From Nitrospinaceae bacterium (GTDB lineage: Bacteria > Nitrospinota > Nitrospinia > Nitrospinales > Nitrospinaceae), in the NCBI GenBank assembly GCA_965237905.1, contig OZ250172.1:1920001-1984000 (forward strand): DNA of 64,000 nucleotides. Direction: 5' to 3'. The translations under genes were made by a program, and so were the position numbers. The notes below the pieces were generated by a model. That model was not told the origin of the DNA, did no database searches, and was given only the letters and a program-made list of their open reading frames with translations. Positions 63,689-64,000 of the stretch are shown piece after piece. Within the stretch, counting starts at the first letter, position 1, and the number at the start of each line of letters is the position of its first letter.

Positions 63689-64000
63689 TGGGAAATCCCC
63701 TTCCTTTTTCCTACTGAAAAAAGAGTTTTCCAGAGAATTTTCAGATCGAACCAGAATGAGCGGTGGTTTAAGTAATAAACTTCAAGCTCAACCTTATCGG
63801 GAATGGACAGTTCATCTCTCCCGTTGATTTGCGCCCACCCCGTAATCCCCGGAGTCAGACGATGAAGATTATTCTGGGTTCTAAGCGCAACGAGGTCGTC
63901 CTGATTGTGCAAGGCGGGCCGGGGTCCGACAAAAACCATATCGCCTTTGAGTATGCTCCATAGCTGGGGAAGTTCGTCCAAGCTGGTCTTTCTTAGAATT
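63685..64000 (-). CDS. Undecaprenyl-phosphate sugar transferase, C-terminal part (begins beyond the window)
   Basis: LDELPQL, GDMVFVGPRP, PGITGWAQINGR. Confidence 0.92.
   Translation of the reverse strand, partial: ILRKTSLDELPQLWSILKGDMVFVGPRPALHNQDDLVALRTQNNLHRLTPGITGWAQINGRDELSIPDKVELEVYYLNHRSFWFDLKILWKTLFSVGKRKGISH

Overview
A 64 kb stretch of a Gram-negative bacterial chromosome. A Nitrospinota-like organism is inferred from the UBact-type proteasome operon and the overall gene content, but this is unverified. Most of the window is housekeeping: smc 3' end, nadA, fumC, rpoH, pheA-tyrA-cmk-rpsA-sppA-ihfB, aroC, icd, glnD, mdh and lexA-dinB. It also carries a czcCBA-type metal efflux operon, an AbrB/Doc toxin-antitoxin pair, two tandem paralog pairs (GGDEF-PilZ cyclases; Zn-ribbon/TM/TPR proteins) and an AT-richer surface-glycan modification cluster. 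The most notable observations are: (1) a GxxExxY PD-(D/E)XK nuclease-family gene enclosed by perfect 24-bp inverted repeats and sitting between lexA and dinB, with solo copies of the same repeat and nested companion repeats elsewhere in the window, which suggests a poorly described mobile/REP-like system; (2) a complete arc-dop-ubact-prcB-prcA-pafA operon whose 58-aa tag gene (ending RTGQ) is absent from the ORF track; (3) a His-rich upstream ORF ending in RSPP before czcC, a candidate metal-sensing arrest peptide; (4) a sigma54/IHF promoter on one diguanylate cyclase; (5) a GlnD with a degenerate HD motif. No rRNA, tRNA or CRISPR array was seen. All calls come from reading the sequence and motifs by eye; no searches were run.
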